DNA of 64,000 bases from Planctomycetota bacterium (GCA_038212275.1 JBBQUR010000012.1:93115-157114), one strand, 5' to 3'. Counted from the stretch's first letter, positions 1 to 10,206 are shown. Notes: generated by a model from the sequence alone, not told the origin. A program made the numbers and translations.

Positions 1-75
1 CAGGAAGAGCGCGTCGTCGTCGGACAGCTGGGCGCCGTCCGCGACCTTGGAGGAGATGCTGGCAAGTGTGGGCAT
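1..75 (-). CDS. partial CDS (first 25 codons; continues past window start), unknown protein
   Basis: Minus-strand ATG at 75..73 reads MPTLASISSKVADGAQLSDDDALFL with G/C-rich third positions; truncated by the window edge so absent from the ORF track. Confidence 0.3.
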   Translation of the reverse strand, partial: MPTLASISSKVADGAQLSDDDALFL

Positions 76-164
76 GCGCGAAGCGTTATAACGTCCCGCA
101 TCGGAGGAGGCACGGGCTCGACCGGGCGCGGCCATCCGGCGAGGCGTCTAGCGGGAGCATCGTC

Positions 165-3155
165 ATGGTTGGCACATCGGGGAAGGCTCGTCGCACGTCG
201 CGAACGATGGTCGCGTGCGTCGTCGCGGTCGCGCTCCTGTGCATCGGGCTGGCGTGGTGGATGAGCGGCGACGCGCCGACGGACCTCGGGCGTTCGTCAC
301 CACTGCGCTCCGCGGAACGCGCAGCGGATCATGCCGACCTGCCCTTCACTGACGCCGGGCAGCACGCGCCGGAGTCGGCGACGGGATCGCTGCCGAAGCT
401 GTCTCCGGCGCCGACGCAGGCCTTGACCGCAAGCTCCGGGTCGGCGGCGCCCTGGGCCCGGCTGATCGGGCGCGTGCTGCGTCCGGATGGCACGCCGGCC
501 GCGGATGTGAACGTCGTGCATCCGTTGCAGCCGGGCGTGAACCTCGCCGGGCAACTTCGTGACAACCCTCCGCGCACGGCAGCCGACGGCAGTTTCGAGA
601 TCGGGATCGGCCAGACCGGCACCGCGCCGGGTGCATCGCTCATGCTGCTCGACGGGCCGCCGGCCTCACGCGTTCTGGTGCACGTGCCGGCACCGCACGC
701 AGGCGACAACGACCTCGGTGACGTCGTCCTCGCGGACGGCGCCGGACTCTCCGGCCGCATCGTGGACCCGGACGGGCTGCCGGTGGCTCGCGCCTACGTG
801 ACGGTGCGCGCTCCGAGCGACCGCGACAACGGGGGCGAGCTCTTCGACGGGAACCCCGACGACGTCGCCTGGCAGAACCTCGCGGCGGCGTTCACCTCCG
901 ACGACGGCCGCTTCCTCCTCACAGGCCTGCCCGCCGCCGAGATGGAACTGTACGCCCGTGCCGACGGATTTCAGGAATACACGCTACGCGGCCTCGCTCC
1001 GCGACGCGCGGAGCTCACGGAGCTGGGCGACCTCGCGCTGAGCGAGGGCCGCGTGCTGTCGGGCGTGCTGCTCGACGCGGACGGCGCGCCGGTCGCGGGC
1101 CGGCAGGTCATGGCGTGGGCCGAGCGGTCCTTCCCGCGCGGCTCCACCGAGGCGCGCGTCGACCTGGGCCGGACGTCGGGTTTCACGCTGAGCGACGCGC
1201 TGGGCGGCTTCCGCATCGCGGGTCTGCAGCCCGGCGTGTACGAGCTGGACGCGTGGGCCGAGGGCCACGCCTTCACGCGCCTGCACGACGTGGCCGACGA
1301 GCAGCGCGATGTCGTGCTGCGCCTGCGGCGTGCGGGTCGCGTGCTGCTCACGCTGCGCGACGCACGCACGCAGGCGCCGCTCGGCGCTGCAGAGGTCGAG
1401 GCGAGCATGGCGCCGCGCACCGGAGGTGGATACTCGTCCGACAACGCGTACGTCGTCACCGCCGGTGCCGACGCGGGCTTCGCCGAAGGCATGTATGTGG
1501 TGGACGGCCTGGGCGATGACACCACGATCCTCAGCGTGAGCAGGGAGGGCTACTCGCCTTCGAGCGCGACGATCGAAGGCCTCGCTCCGGGCCAGCAGCG
1601 CGAACTGCTGCTCGACCTCGCGCCGCGCGTCGTGCTCTCCGGAGTCGTGCAGGACCAGTTCGAGCAGCCGGTCGCCGGAGCGATGGTCCAGGCCGGAGCG
1701 CACGCCGGGCCCGCGACAGGCACTCCGACACGCATGCGCCGTCCCCCGGAAGACGGCCGGTTCCGCTTCGACGATCTGGCTATCGGGAGCTGGCAGGTGT
1801 GGGCGTACGCGCCAGGGCACGGCAAGGCCGACAACTACGCGGTCGAGATTCCGCCGGAGGGGCTCTCCGACGTGATCGTGTTCCTGCCGGTGCTGGGCCG
1901 TGCGGCGGGGCTCGTCACGGCGAGCGACGGCACGGCCATGCCCGGAGCGAGCGTCGTCGCGGCGGAGGTGGAGGCGATGCCCTTGCGCGGCGCGCCGCCG
2001 CACGCGGGCCGCATCGTCATCGGCCCGAGAGACTCGCATGAGAAGGGCGCGGCGGCCACGTGCGATGCCGACGGCCGCTTCGTTGTCGACGGCCTCTGGC
2101 CCGGCACGTGGTTGATGGCCGCCACGCTCGGGCCGCCGGCGGAGGCCAGGGCGCGGCTGGCGTCGCTCGCGGCAGCCGAAGCGGCAGCGCTTGCCTCACC
2201 GGGCCGGCCACTCGCGGTGGTGGGCGCCGACGTGCGCCGCGTCACCATCGTGGATGGCGAGGCGACGAGCGCAGACCTCGTGGTGCCGGTGCCCGCGCAG
2301 CTCCGCGGCCGCGCGCTGTCGGACGGCCGGCCGATCGCCGGCGCGCGCGTCGTGCTCGGTGCGTTGAATGGCGACAGCGCCACCGTCCTCGCGTCCACCG
2401 ACACCGATGCCGACGGAGGTTTTGAGTTCTCGCCGGTCGCGCCCGGGCAGTGCGTCGTGATGGCCTCCAGCCCGGACGAGATCGTTCCGCGCGGGCGCCG
2501 CGTGGCGCTGCACGACGGCGAGCAGGCCTACGTCGAGCTCTCGTTCCACGGACCCACATTGCACGGCGTCGTCGTCGACGAGTCGAGCGGGCGCCCCGTC
2601 GGCGACGTGGACGTGAGCGCCTACGCCAGCAAGCTGTACGCGGGCGACGGCCTCACGCTGGCCGACCTCGATCAGAAGGCGATGCAGGTGCTCAGCTCGG
2701 CCGGCCTCCGAGGCACGACGTTCCGCGCCGACGCTCAGGGCCGCTTCGAGATCCCGCACCTCCCGCCCGGCCAGTGGGTCTGCTTCGCAGAGGGTGACCG
2801 ATGGCTCCCGGCGGACAACGTCCGCGTCGAGCTGCCGGACGACTGGACACCCGATTCCATCAAGCTGCCGGTCACGGCCGGCGCGCTCGTGCAGGGCAGC
2901 ATCCGCTACGCCTTCGGAGGCGGGTGGCCGCCCTCCGTGGAGGTGCAGCTCTACGCTCCGGAACGCGACGGCATCGTGAAGCTCGACCATCCGCGAGACG
3001 GTCACTACCTCATCGGCGGCGTGACGCCCGGCACCTACGAGTTGCGTCTGCGCGACCTGCAGCCGGGGAAGAATGCGCCGTACGTCGTGGCCGTGCCGGT
3101 CACGCTGGCCGCCGGCGCGGTCGTCACGGTGGACCTGATTTACGAAGACTCGTGA
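165..3155 (+). CDS. membrane-anchored large protein with at least six carboxypeptidase-regulatory-like (CarbopepD_reg / Ig-like beta-sandwich) repeats
   Basis: ORF 66..3155; internal ATG at 165 (aa34) precedes basic stretch KARRTSR plus hydrophobic helix VACVVAVALLCIGLAWW; repeated G(R/V)(V/I)xDxxGxPxAxAxV motifs (GRVLRPDGTPAADVNVV, GRIVDPDGLPVARAYVTV, SGVLLDADGAPVAGRQVMA, GRALSDGRPIAGARVVLG, HGVVVDESSGRPVGDVDVS). Confidence 0.7.
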   Translation: MVGTSGKARRTSRTMVACVVAVALLCIGLAWWMSGDAPTDLGRSSPLRSAERAADHADLPFTDAGQHAPESATGSLPKLSPAPTQALTASSGSAAPWARLIGRVLRPDGTPAADVNVVHPLQPGVNLAGQLRDNPPRTAADGSFEIGIGQTGTAPGASLMLLDGPPASRVLVHVPAPHAGDNDLGDVVLADGAGLSGRIVDPDGLPVARAYVTVRAPSDRDNGGELFDGNPDDVAWQNLAAAFTSDDGRFLLTGLPAAEMELYARADGFQEYTLRGLAPRRAELTELGDLALSEGRVLSGVLLDADGAPVAGRQVMAWAERSFPRGSTEARVDLGRTSGFTLSDALGGFRIAGLQPGVYELDAWAEGHAFTRLHDVADEQRDVVLRLRRAGRVLLTLRDARTQAPLGAAEVEASMAPRTGGGYSSDNAYVVTAGADAGFAEGMYVVDGLGDDTTILSVSREGYSPSSATIEGLAPGQQRELLLDLAPRVVLSGVVQDQFEQPVAGAMVQAGAHAGPATGTPTRMRRPPEDGRFRFDDLAIGSWQVWAYAPGHGKADNYAVEIPPEGLSDVIVFLPVLGRAAGLVTASDGTAMPGASVVAAEVEAMPLRGAPPHAGRIVIGPRDSHEKGAAATCDADGRFVVDGLWPGTWLMAATLGPPAEARARLASLAAAEAAALASPGRPLAVVGADVRRVTIVDGEATSADLVVPVPAQLRGRALSDGRPIAGARVVLGALNGDSATVLASTDTDADGGFEFSPVAPGQCVVMASSPDEIVPRGRRVALHDGEQAYVELSFHGPTLHGVVVDESSGRPVGDVDVSAYASKLYAGDGLTLADLDQKAMQVLSSAGLRGTTFRADAQGRFEIPHLPPGQWVCFAEGDRWLPADNVRVELPDDWTPDSIKLPVTAGALVQGSIRYAFGGGWPPSVEVQLYAPERDGIVKLDHPRDGHYLIGGVTPGTYELRLRDLQPGKNAPYVVAVPVTLAAGAVVTVDLIYEDS

Positions 3156-3197
3156 AGGCGCGCCGCGGCGTGCGGTGCGCGCCCGCAGCGTGAGGCC

Positions 3198-4919
3198 TCA
3201 CGGCGTGATCTCGAGTTCCGCCACCGGAGTCCAGCGCGCGGCGAGGCTCGCGCCGTCGGCCTCGCCGCGCGGGATGGCCAGCGTCTGCACGAAGGCGCGG
3301 CCGGGCGACAGCGGGGGCACGGGCAGGCGCGCCACGCCGTCGTCTCCCGCGACGAGCAGCGGCTGCACGGGCACGGTGGTCGCGGCATCCAGCCACCAGG
3401 CGCCGCGCAGCGACCAGTCCGGCACCTCGCGCAGCGTCGTGGCGACGAAGACCTGGTAGCGGTCACCCGGCCGCCCGCGGATGGTGAGCGCACGCGGCTG
3501 GCCCGGCTCCGAGACAAGCCGCACCTGCGGTGAAAAGCGCGCCAGCGCACCGGCCCGCAGGGCGCAGCCTCGCGCCGCCTGCACGACGACATCGGACAGG
3601 CCTGCGGCATTGGTCATCAGCGTGCCTTGCACCGTGTCGGGCGTGATGGCGTGCAGGTCGAGCAGCGGCGCGCCGCCGACGATCACGGCCGGCAGCGGTT
3701 GCGAGTCCGACCAGCCCGAGAGCGTGATCGTCAGCGGTTCATCGCCGAAGATGCTCGCGACGTCGGGTGTCACGGAGACGATCGTCATGCCGCCGGACGG
3801 GTCGGCCGCGAGCGCCACGGCGAGGGGGGAAGGCAGTGCCGGCGCGCTGCCGGGCACCACGGAGCCGTCGGGCTCGGTACGCAGCAACTCCGCGATCACG
3901 GCGTCCGCGATCGGCGGCGCCAGCGCGGCCGTGGCTTCCGGCGAAGGGTGCACGTAATCCACGAAAAAGTTCGCGAGGTCCCGGTGCGTGGCCTCCAGCA
4001 GCGCCTGCCCGTCCAGCGCCGGGACGCCGGCGGCGCGCGCCGCGGCCAGCACCGCCTCGGCGTCCTCCGCCACGCGCGGATGTTCGTCGATCGTCTTGAG
4101 CGGGTGCGGCGCCGACATGACCACGCAGCGCGCCCCGGCTGCAGCACAGGCCGCGATCATCGCGGACACGTTGGCGCCGACGTCCCCGGCACTCACGCGG
4201 AAGCCTCGCGGCGGGCTGCCCGCCATCCAGCCGTCCATGATCTCCTTGAGCGGCACGCCTTCGAGCTTGCGCAGCACCGCGGCGCCGACGCGCGTGTGCA
4301 TGCGCAACCAGTCCAGCGGCGTGGGGTCGGACAGCTCGGCGAGCAGCTCGCGGTCGGGGCGACGCAGCGCCGGCGCCTGGTCGTTCCACGCGGCGGGGTA
4401 GAGCACCACCGCATCGGGATGCAGCGTGTCGAGCGCCTCCTGCAGCAGCAGTTGCAACTGCACGGTGGAGTAGCCGGGCACGCCGAGGCTCAGCACCGCG
4501 ACGCGATCGGCGGTGAGCCCGCGCGCGGTGAGCGCATCCTGCACGCGCGTGCCGAGCATGTTGGCGGCATCCACCGAGGCGCCGTAGACGCACGAGTCCC
4601 CGACGAGCACGACGCGCAGCAGCGTCGGCGGCGCGGGTTCCGGGGGGCGGCCGCGGAAGGCCCAGCTGCCGGTCGCGTCGCGGCCCAGGTGCTCGGGGCC
4701 GTGGCGGTGATCGGCGGCGAGGGTGTAGAAACGCCCGGCGTGCGTGACGTAGCGGCCCTCGGGGTCCTCGGCGACGGCGCGCGTCACGCGCTTGAATTGG
4801 AACTCGCGCGGATCCCGCACGAGGCCGCTGGCCCACAGGCCCAGCTCGGCCATGGCCAGCAGGACGAGCAGCAACCCGGAGAAGAGCAGGGTGCGCGCAA
4901 TCCACGGACGCCGGAGCAT
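3198..4919 (-). CDS. membrane-anchored SGNH/GDSL-family hydrolase with C-terminal beta-rich (IPT/Ig-like) region
   Basis: ORF 3198..5150 minus; internal start M78 (MLRRPWIARTLLFSGLLLVLLAMAEL = signal anchor) at 4919; VVLVGDSCVYGAS block typical of SGNH hydrolase serine motif (GDS). Confidence 0.65.
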   Translation of the reverse strand: MLRRPWIARTLLFSGLLLVLLAMAELGLWASGLVRDPREFQFKRVTRAVAEDPEGRYVTHAGRFYTLAADHRHGPEHLGRDATGSWAFRGRPPEPAPPTLLRVVLVGDSCVYGASVDAANMLGTRVQDALTARGLTADRVAVLSLGVPGYSTVQLQLLLQEALDTLHPDAVVLYPAAWNDQAPALRRPDRELLAELSDPTPLDWLRMHTRVGAAVLRKLEGVPLKEIMDGWMAGSPPRGFRVSAGDVGANVSAMIAACAAAGARCVVMSAPHPLKTIDEHPRVAEDAEAVLAAARAAGVPALDGQALLEATHRDLANFFVDYVHPSPEATAALAPPIADAVIAELLRTEPDGSVVPGSAPALPSPLAVALAADPSGGMTIVSVTPDVASIFGDEPLTITLSGWSDSQPLPAVIVGGAPLLDLHAITPDTVQGTLMTNAAGLSDVVVQAARGCALRAGALARFSPQVRLVSEPGQPRALTIRGRPGDRYQVFVATTLREVPDWSLRGAWWLDAATTVPVQPLLVAGDDGVARLPVPPLSPGRAFVQTLAIPRGEADGASLAARWTPVAELEITP

Positions 4920-5124
4920 GCCGCGCGACCCTAGCACAGGGAGGCGACCGCCGAAGGGACGAGTCGTCGGCGATCGGGCCGCATGCCCTCGTCTTGATCG
5001 TCGTCGCGGCGCGGCCCAGAATGCGCCGCCCGGCGGTGGCCGATGCGGAAGGGAGCGCGCAGCGCGGCCCGCGCATGCTCCGCCGGCCGGGCCAGCCCCC
5101 GGAGCCGACGTGCCCGCGACCTCG

Positions 5125-6534
5125 ATGGAACAGATCGTCAACCTCGCCAAGCGGCGCGGCTTCGTGTTTCCCGCCAGCGAGATCTACGGCGGCCTGAGCT
5201 CCTGCTGGGACTACGGCCCGCTCGGCGTGGAACTCAAGCGCAACGTGAAGGATGCCTGGTGGCGTTCGATGGTCTCCACGCGCCGCGACGTCGTGGGCCT
5301 CGACAGCGCCGTGCTGCAGCACCCGCAGGTCTGGCGCACATCCGGCCACGTCGACAACTTCAGCGACCCGCTCGTGGACTGCCGCAAGTGCAAGGCACGC
5401 TTCCGCGCCGATGACCTCGAGAACGCGAAGTGCAGCCAGCGCCACGACGCGCCGATCAACGACGAGTGCAAGTCGAACTTCACCGCGCCGCGCGCCTTCA
5501 ACCTGATGTTCAGCACGCACCTCGGGCCGGTGGAGGGTGAGGGAAGCCTGGCCTATCTGCGCCCCGAGACCGCGCAGGGCATCTTCACGAACTACCTGAA
5601 CGTGCAGACCACCGCGCGCCTCAAGCCGCCTTTCGGCGTGGCGCAGATCGGCAAGTCCTTCCGCAACGAGATCACGCCCGGCAACTTCATCTTCCGCACG
5701 CGCGAATTCGAGCAGATGGAGATGGAGTACTTCGTGCCGCCCGCGGACTGGGAACGCTGGTTCGACTACTGGCGCGACGCGCGTTTCCAGTGGTACGTGG
5801 ACCTCGGCGTGAACCCGGACAATCTGCGTCGCCGTGATCACGAGAGCACGGAACTCGCGCACTACAGCAACGCGACGACGGACATCGAGTACCGGTTTCC
5901 GATCGGCTGGAAGGAGCTCGAAGGGGTCGCGTCGCGCACGGACTTCGACCTCAAGCGGCACAGCGAAGCCTCGGGCAAGCAGCTCGAATACTTCGACGGG
6001 CAGACGCGCGAGCGCTTCATGCCCTGGGTCATCGAGCCCGCGGCCGGCGTGGACCGCGCCCTGCTGGCCTTCCTCGCCGACGCCTTCGAGGAGCAGAACG
6101 TGGCCGGCGCGGAGAAGGCGACCTCCGAAAAGGCGAGCTCCGACAAGCCCGGTGCCGACAAGGCCAGCGCCGACAAGACCGAAGGCGGCAAGGACGAGGA
6201 AGACATCCGTACGGTGCTGCACCTGCATCCGCGCCTCGCTCCGATCAAGGTGGCCATCTTCCCGCTGGTGAAGAAGGAAGGCATGCCGGAGTTCGCGAAC
6301 AAGCTGGAAGAGGAGCTGCGCCGGCACGGCGTGTCCACCTTCTACGACCAGTCCGGCGCCATCGGGCGGCGCTACCGCCGGCAGGACGAGATCGGCACGC
6401 CGTGGTGCGTGACCGTGGATGGCGAGTCCGCCGCCAACGGCAGCGTCACGCTGCGCGATCGCGACAGCATGAAGCAGGAGCGCATCGCCGCAACATCGCT
6501 CGCCGCCCTCGTGGCGGAGAAGCTGACCGGATGA
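5125..6534 (+). CDS. glyQS: glycine--tRNA ligase, dimeric class II (GlyQS type)
   Basis: MEQIVNLAKRRGFVFPASEIYGGLSSCWDYGPLGVELKRNVKDAWW... matches alpha2-type GlyRS N-terminus; start ATG aa112 of ORF 4792..6534; carries K/D/A-rich low-complexity insert around 6100..6200. Confidence 0.95.
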   Translation: MEQIVNLAKRRGFVFPASEIYGGLSSCWDYGPLGVELKRNVKDAWWRSMVSTRRDVVGLDSAVLQHPQVWRTSGHVDNFSDPLVDCRKCKARFRADDLENAKCSQRHDAPINDECKSNFTAPRAFNLMFSTHLGPVEGEGSLAYLRPETAQGIFTNYLNVQTTARLKPPFGVAQIGKSFRNEITPGNFIFRTREFEQMEMEYFVPPADWERWFDYWRDARFQWYVDLGVNPDNLRRRDHESTELAHYSNATTDIEYRFPIGWKELEGVASRTDFDLKRHSEASGKQLEYFDGQTRERFMPWVIEPAAGVDRALLAFLADAFEEQNVAGAEKATSEKASSDKPGADKASADKTEGGKDEEDIRTVLHLHPRLAPIKVAIFPLVKKEGMPEFANKLEEELRRHGVSTFYDQSGAIGRRYRRQDEIGTPWCVTVDGESAANGSVTLRDRDSMKQERIAATSLAALVAEKLTG

Positions 6535-6609
6535 GCGCACGACGATGACTCGGCGGGCCAGCCGCGGACTGCGCGCAGCGTGGCGGCGCCCGGCGCCGGG
6601 CGGTGCCGC

Positions 6610-8400
6610 GTGAAGGCACGACGGGCGCGTGGCGGCGGCAAGCTGGTCGTCACGGGGCAACCCATGGCGCCGGGGCTCGCCGTCGGCACGCCGCTCTTCC
6701 ACGGCGAGCTGGACGTGGACATCCCCGTCCGCACGATCCGCGAGGCGGACGTGCCGGCCGAGCATCGGCGCTTGCGCGAGGCGATGGCAGTGGCCCGCAC
6801 GCAACTGGCCGAGGTCGAGCGCCGCATCGAAGAGCAGGTCGGCGCAAGCGACGCGCGCATCTTCTCGGTGCAGGGGCTGTTGCTCGAAGACCCGTCCTTC
6901 GGGACCGGCATCGAGGAGCGCATCAGCGAGGGCCTCGTCAACGCCGAGGTCGCCGTGCGCGACGAGGTCACCTCGTGGAGCGCCCGCCTCAAGGCTGTCT
7001 CGGCCGGTGATGGCCGCGACGCCGGCACCGACCTGCGGGACGTGGGGCGCCAGCTGCTGCGCGTGCTCGTCGGCCACAACGCCGCCGTGACGCTCGGTGA
7101 CGGCACGGAGCGCGTGGTGCTGGTGACGCGCGAGCTGCTGCCGAGCGATGCGGCCGTCATGGACCGCGCGCGCCTCGCGGCCATCGTCACGGCGAGCGGC
7201 GGCGCGGCGAGTCACGCGGCCATCCTCGCGCGCAGCCTCGGCATTCCCGCCGTCACGGGAGTGGACGTCATGGCGCTGCCTGCGCGCGGCGGCCACTGGA
7301 TCGTGGATGGCAGCGCGGGGCTGGTCATCGTCAACCCGACGACGGCCGACCTGGACCTCGCGGCGCAGAAGAGCCAGGACTACCAGCAGTTCCGTCACGA
7401 GCTCATGGCGCAGGCACGCGGCTTCGCGTGCACGGCCGACGGCGTGGCCATCGAGCTGCTGCTCAACGTGGAGAACTTCGAGGAGCTGCCCGCGGAGCTG
7501 CTCGACGACCTGCGCGGCGTCGGCCTCTACCGCACCGAATTTCTCTTCATGCACCGGCCGTCCTTCCCCAGCGAGGAAGAGCAGTTCCGGCACTACGTCA
7601 ACGCGCTGAAGCGTGTCGGCGACAGCGAGATCACCTTCCGCACCATCGACGTCGGCGGCGACAAGCCGCTGCCCTATCTCTCCGTCCCGAGCGAGCCCAA
7701 TCCCGTGCTCGGCTGGCGCGGCATCCGGCTGTCGCTCGAGTGGCCGGACATGTTCTACAGCCAGATGCGCGCGCTGCTGCGGGCCTCGGCCCACGGGCAC
7801 ATCCGCATCCTGCTGCCGATGATCACGATGGTGGAGGAGTTCCGCCGCGCGCGCGCGATCATGTCCGAGATCCAGTCCGACCTGCGCCGGCGCGGCGTGC
7901 CCTTCGATACGGACGTGCCGCTCGGCGCGATGGTGGAGGTGCCGGCCGCGGCCCTCGCGGCGCGCAGCCTCGCCGAGGAGGCCGACTTCCTCTCCATCGG
8001 CACGAATGACCTGTCGCAGTACGCGCTGGCGGTGGACCGGAACAACGCGCGCGTCGCGTCGCTCTACCAGCCGCTGCACCCGGGCATCCTCAACCTCGTG
8101 CGCATGGTCGTGCAGGCTGCGGACGCGACGGGGACGCCGGTCTCGCTCTGCGGCGAGATGGCCGGCGACGCGGAGGCCACGCTGCTGCTGCTCGGCATCG
8201 GGCTGCGATCGTTCAGCATGTCGCCCTATCACCTGCCCGTGGTGAAGCGCGTCATCGGCGTCGTCTCGCTGGACGAGGCGCACGCCGTCGCGCACGAGGT
8301 CATGGAGCTGGGCAGCACCACCGAGGTCCGCGCGACGCTGCGACGGCACACGCTGCGGCTCGTCCCCGAACTGGCCGCGTGGCTCGCGCCGGAACGTTGA
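6610..8400 (+). CDS. ptsI: phosphoenolpyruvate-protein phosphotransferase (PTS enzyme I)
   Basis: SGGAASHAAILARSLGIPAVTG (phosphohistidine region) and FLSIGTNDLSQYALAVDRNNARVASLYQPLHPGILNLV (PEP-utilizer C-terminal signature); GTG at 6610 chosen so the N-terminus aligns with EI (alt ATG 6664). Confidence 0.9.
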   Translation: MKARRARGGGKLVVTGQPMAPGLAVGTPLFHGELDVDIPVRTIREADVPAEHRRLREAMAVARTQLAEVERRIEEQVGASDARIFSVQGLLLEDPSFGTGIEERISEGLVNAEVAVRDEVTSWSARLKAVSAGDGRDAGTDLRDVGRQLLRVLVGHNAAVTLGDGTERVVLVTRELLPSDAAVMDRARLAAIVTASGGAASHAAILARSLGIPAVTGVDVMALPARGGHWIVDGSAGLVIVNPTTADLDLAAQKSQDYQQFRHELMAQARGFACTADGVAIELLLNVENFEELPAELLDDLRGVGLYRTEFLFMHRPSFPSEEEQFRHYVNALKRVGDSEITFRTIDVGGDKPLPYLSVPSEPNPVLGWRGIRLSLEWPDMFYSQMRALLRASAHGHIRILLPMITMVEEFRRARAIMSEIQSDLRRRGVPFDTDVPLGAMVEVPAAALAARSLAEEADFLSIGTNDLSQYALAVDRNNARVASLYQPLHPGILNLVRMVVQAADATGTPVSLCGEMAGDAEATLLLLGIGLRSFSMSPYHLPVVKRVIGVVSLDEAHAVAHEVMELGSTTEVRATLRRHTLRLVPELAAWLAPER

Positions 8401-9134
8401 GCGGCGGAGCCGGCCCCGGCACCGTTGTCCTGCTGCACGGACTCAACCGCACGCAGCTCTCCATGGCGCCGCTCGCGTGGAGGCTTCGGCGCGCGGGCTA
8501 TCGCACGACCAACCTCTACTATCCGAGCCGCAGGCGCGGCATCGACGAGCACGCCGAAACGCTGCTGGCCCGACTGCGCCGCGAGCATGTCGCCGACGAC
8601 GGGCCTTTCCACTTCGTCGGCCACAGCCTGGGATGCATCGTGACGCGCGCCGCGCTGCAACGCTGCGCCCCCGACGACCTGCCGCGAAACCGTCCGGGGC
8701 GCTGCGTGATGCTCGGGCCGCCCAACCACGGCAGCGAACTGGCGCAGGCGCTCCACGGCTCGCGCTTCTGGCGCGTCGTGTACGGCGAGCGGGCCTTCCG
8801 CGAACTGGCCACGCGCGAACTCATCGAGGCCTACGGGACGCCGCCGCTGCCGTGCGGCATCATCGCCGGCGCGCGGGGCGACGGGCGCGGCTGGAATCCA
8901 GCACTTCCCGGCGACGACGACGGCGTCGTCACGCTCGATGGCACGCACCTTCCCGGCGAAGCGGATCATCTCGTGCTGCACGCGGTGCACACCGTGTTGC
9001 CGTGGAAGCGCGAGACCGCGCGGCAGGTGCTCGCCTTCCTCGCCACCGGACGCTTCGCTAGGATGCCCGCGACGACCTCGCCGCACGCCGGGCGCGTGCC
9101 GCACGACCCTTCCGCTCCGGAGACCGAACGATGA
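8379..9134 (+). CDS. alpha/beta-hydrolase fold protein (lipase/esterase-like, GHSLG nucleophile elbow)
   Basis: VVLLHGLN ... FHFVGHSLGCIVTRAAL; start overlaps end of ptsI by 22 nt; stop overlaps next start (ATGA). Confidence 0.7.
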   Translation: MARAGTLSGGAGPGTVVLLHGLNRTQLSMAPLAWRLRRAGYRTTNLYYPSRRRGIDEHAETLLARLRREHVADDGPFHFVGHSLGCIVTRAALQRCAPDDLPRNRPGRCVMLGPPNHGSELAQALHGSRFWRVVYGERAFRELATRELIEAYGTPPLPCGIIAGARGDGRGWNPALPGDDDGVVTLDGTHLPGEADHLVLHAVHTVLPWKRETARQVLAFLATGRFARMPATTSPHAGRVPHDPSAPETER

Positions 9135-9733
9135 TCCGTCCGACGATGCTGCTGTGCTGCGCCGCCATCCTGCCCGCGCTGCTGTCCTGCTCCGCATCGC
9201 GCGAGTCGGAGCACCCGCGTCCGACGACGATCAGCGAGAAGGCGCCGCGCTGGACCTTCGATCCGGCCTCGGGCTGGGACGAGGAGGCGCAGCCCTTCGT
9301 CTATTACGCCACGGGACGCGCGGCCATCCACCTGAACCTGGACCTGGCCGAGGAGAACGCGAAGGCCGACGCGCTGGCCGACGTGCAGTCCTTCCTGGAG
9401 ACGACGATCGAGAGGCTCAACGAAGGCTGGGCCAGCGAGGCCGGCGACCTGCTCGACCGCAACGCGCTCACCTCGTACATCAACGATGAGCAGTTCACGC
9501 GCGAGGTCATCTCCGGCTCGCTGTCCGGCGCGCGCGTCATCGGCAGGTGGAACGATGACAACTACTACTACATCTGGGTCAAGTACAACGCCGAGGACGC
9601 CTTCCTCGGCAACTACACCAAGAGTGTCGCGAGCCGGCTCAAGGAGCAGACCCGCGAGATGACCACCGCGGATCGCGAGCGCATGCGCAAGGAACTCGAG
9701 CGGGTCGTTGCGGATCGGAACGCGCAGCAGTGA
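9131..9733 (+). CDS. LPP20-like lipoprotein
   Basis: Signal peptide with lipobox LLSC; LNLDLAEENAKADALADVQSFLETTIERL resembles LPP20-family core; ATGA overlap with upstream and downstream genes. Confidence 0.6.
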   Translation: MIRPTMLLCCAAILPALLSCSASRESEHPRPTTISEKAPRWTFDPASGWDEEAQPFVYYATGRAAIHLNLDLAEENAKADALADVQSFLETTIERLNEGWASEAGDLLDRNALTSYINDEQFTREVISGSLSGARVIGRWNDDNYYYIWVKYNAEDAFLGNYTKSVASRLKEQTREMTTADRERMRKELERVVADRNAQQ

Positions 9734-10206
9734 CCGAGGCGTGCGCCGCTCCGGCGGCGACGGGCACGCCGGCTGCGAAGGACGCGCCTGCTGTGAAGGA
9801 CGCGCCGGCTGTGAAGGACGCGCCGGCTGCGACGCGGTGGCTCGTGCTCCTGCTCGGACTCGTTCTCTGCGTCTCGAGTGTCGGCTGCGCCAGCTGTCCC
9901 CCGGCCTGGGTGGACAGCCCGCCCGAGTCGGACGATGCGCTCTACGCAAGCGGCTCGTGCGGCGAGGTCTTCGTGGATGCGGACGCGCGCCAGATCGCGC
10001 TGACGCGTGCCGCGCGCCGCCTGGCTGACCGGCTGGGGCTGGACGTCGAGCCGCGCATGGCGGTCGTCTACGCGGATGGCCGGCTCTTCGTGGAAGCCGT
10101 GACGCCCGGTGGGCCGACCGACGCGCTGGACGGCCTTCAGCTGGTGGAGCAGGTCGTGTGCGACCACGTGACCTTCGTGCTCGTGCGCCTGCCGCGCCGC
10201 GGCTGA
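9730..10206 (+). CDS. lipoprotein, second LPP20-like domain protein, with (KDAPAV)x3 N-terminal repeat
   Basis: Lipobox-like VSSVGC after hydrophobic segment; ...ARQIALTRAARRLADRLGLDVEPRMAVVYADGRLFVEAV pattern similar to preceding gene; ATGA start overlap. Confidence 0.55.
   Translation: MTEACAAPAATGTPAAKDAPAVKDAPAVKDAPAATRWLVLLLGLVLCVSSVGCASCPPAWVDSPPESDDALYASGSCGEVFVDADARQIALTRAARRLADRLGLDVEPRMAVVYADGRLFVEAVTPGGPTDALDGLQLVEQVVCDHVTFVLVRLPRRG
9775..9828 (+). repeat. 18-bp x3 in-frame tandem repeat (gtgaaggacgcgccggct) encoding KDAPAV x3
   Basis: Three consecutive near-identical 18-nt units read directly from sequence. Confidence 0.8.

Noticed and set aside
3739-8349. 1536-aa minus-strand ORF spanning glyQS and ptsI
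   Set aside because: Antisense to two clearly identified genes. Low-complexity Arg/Ala/Gly-rich translation typical of spurious ORFs in about 70% GC DNA.
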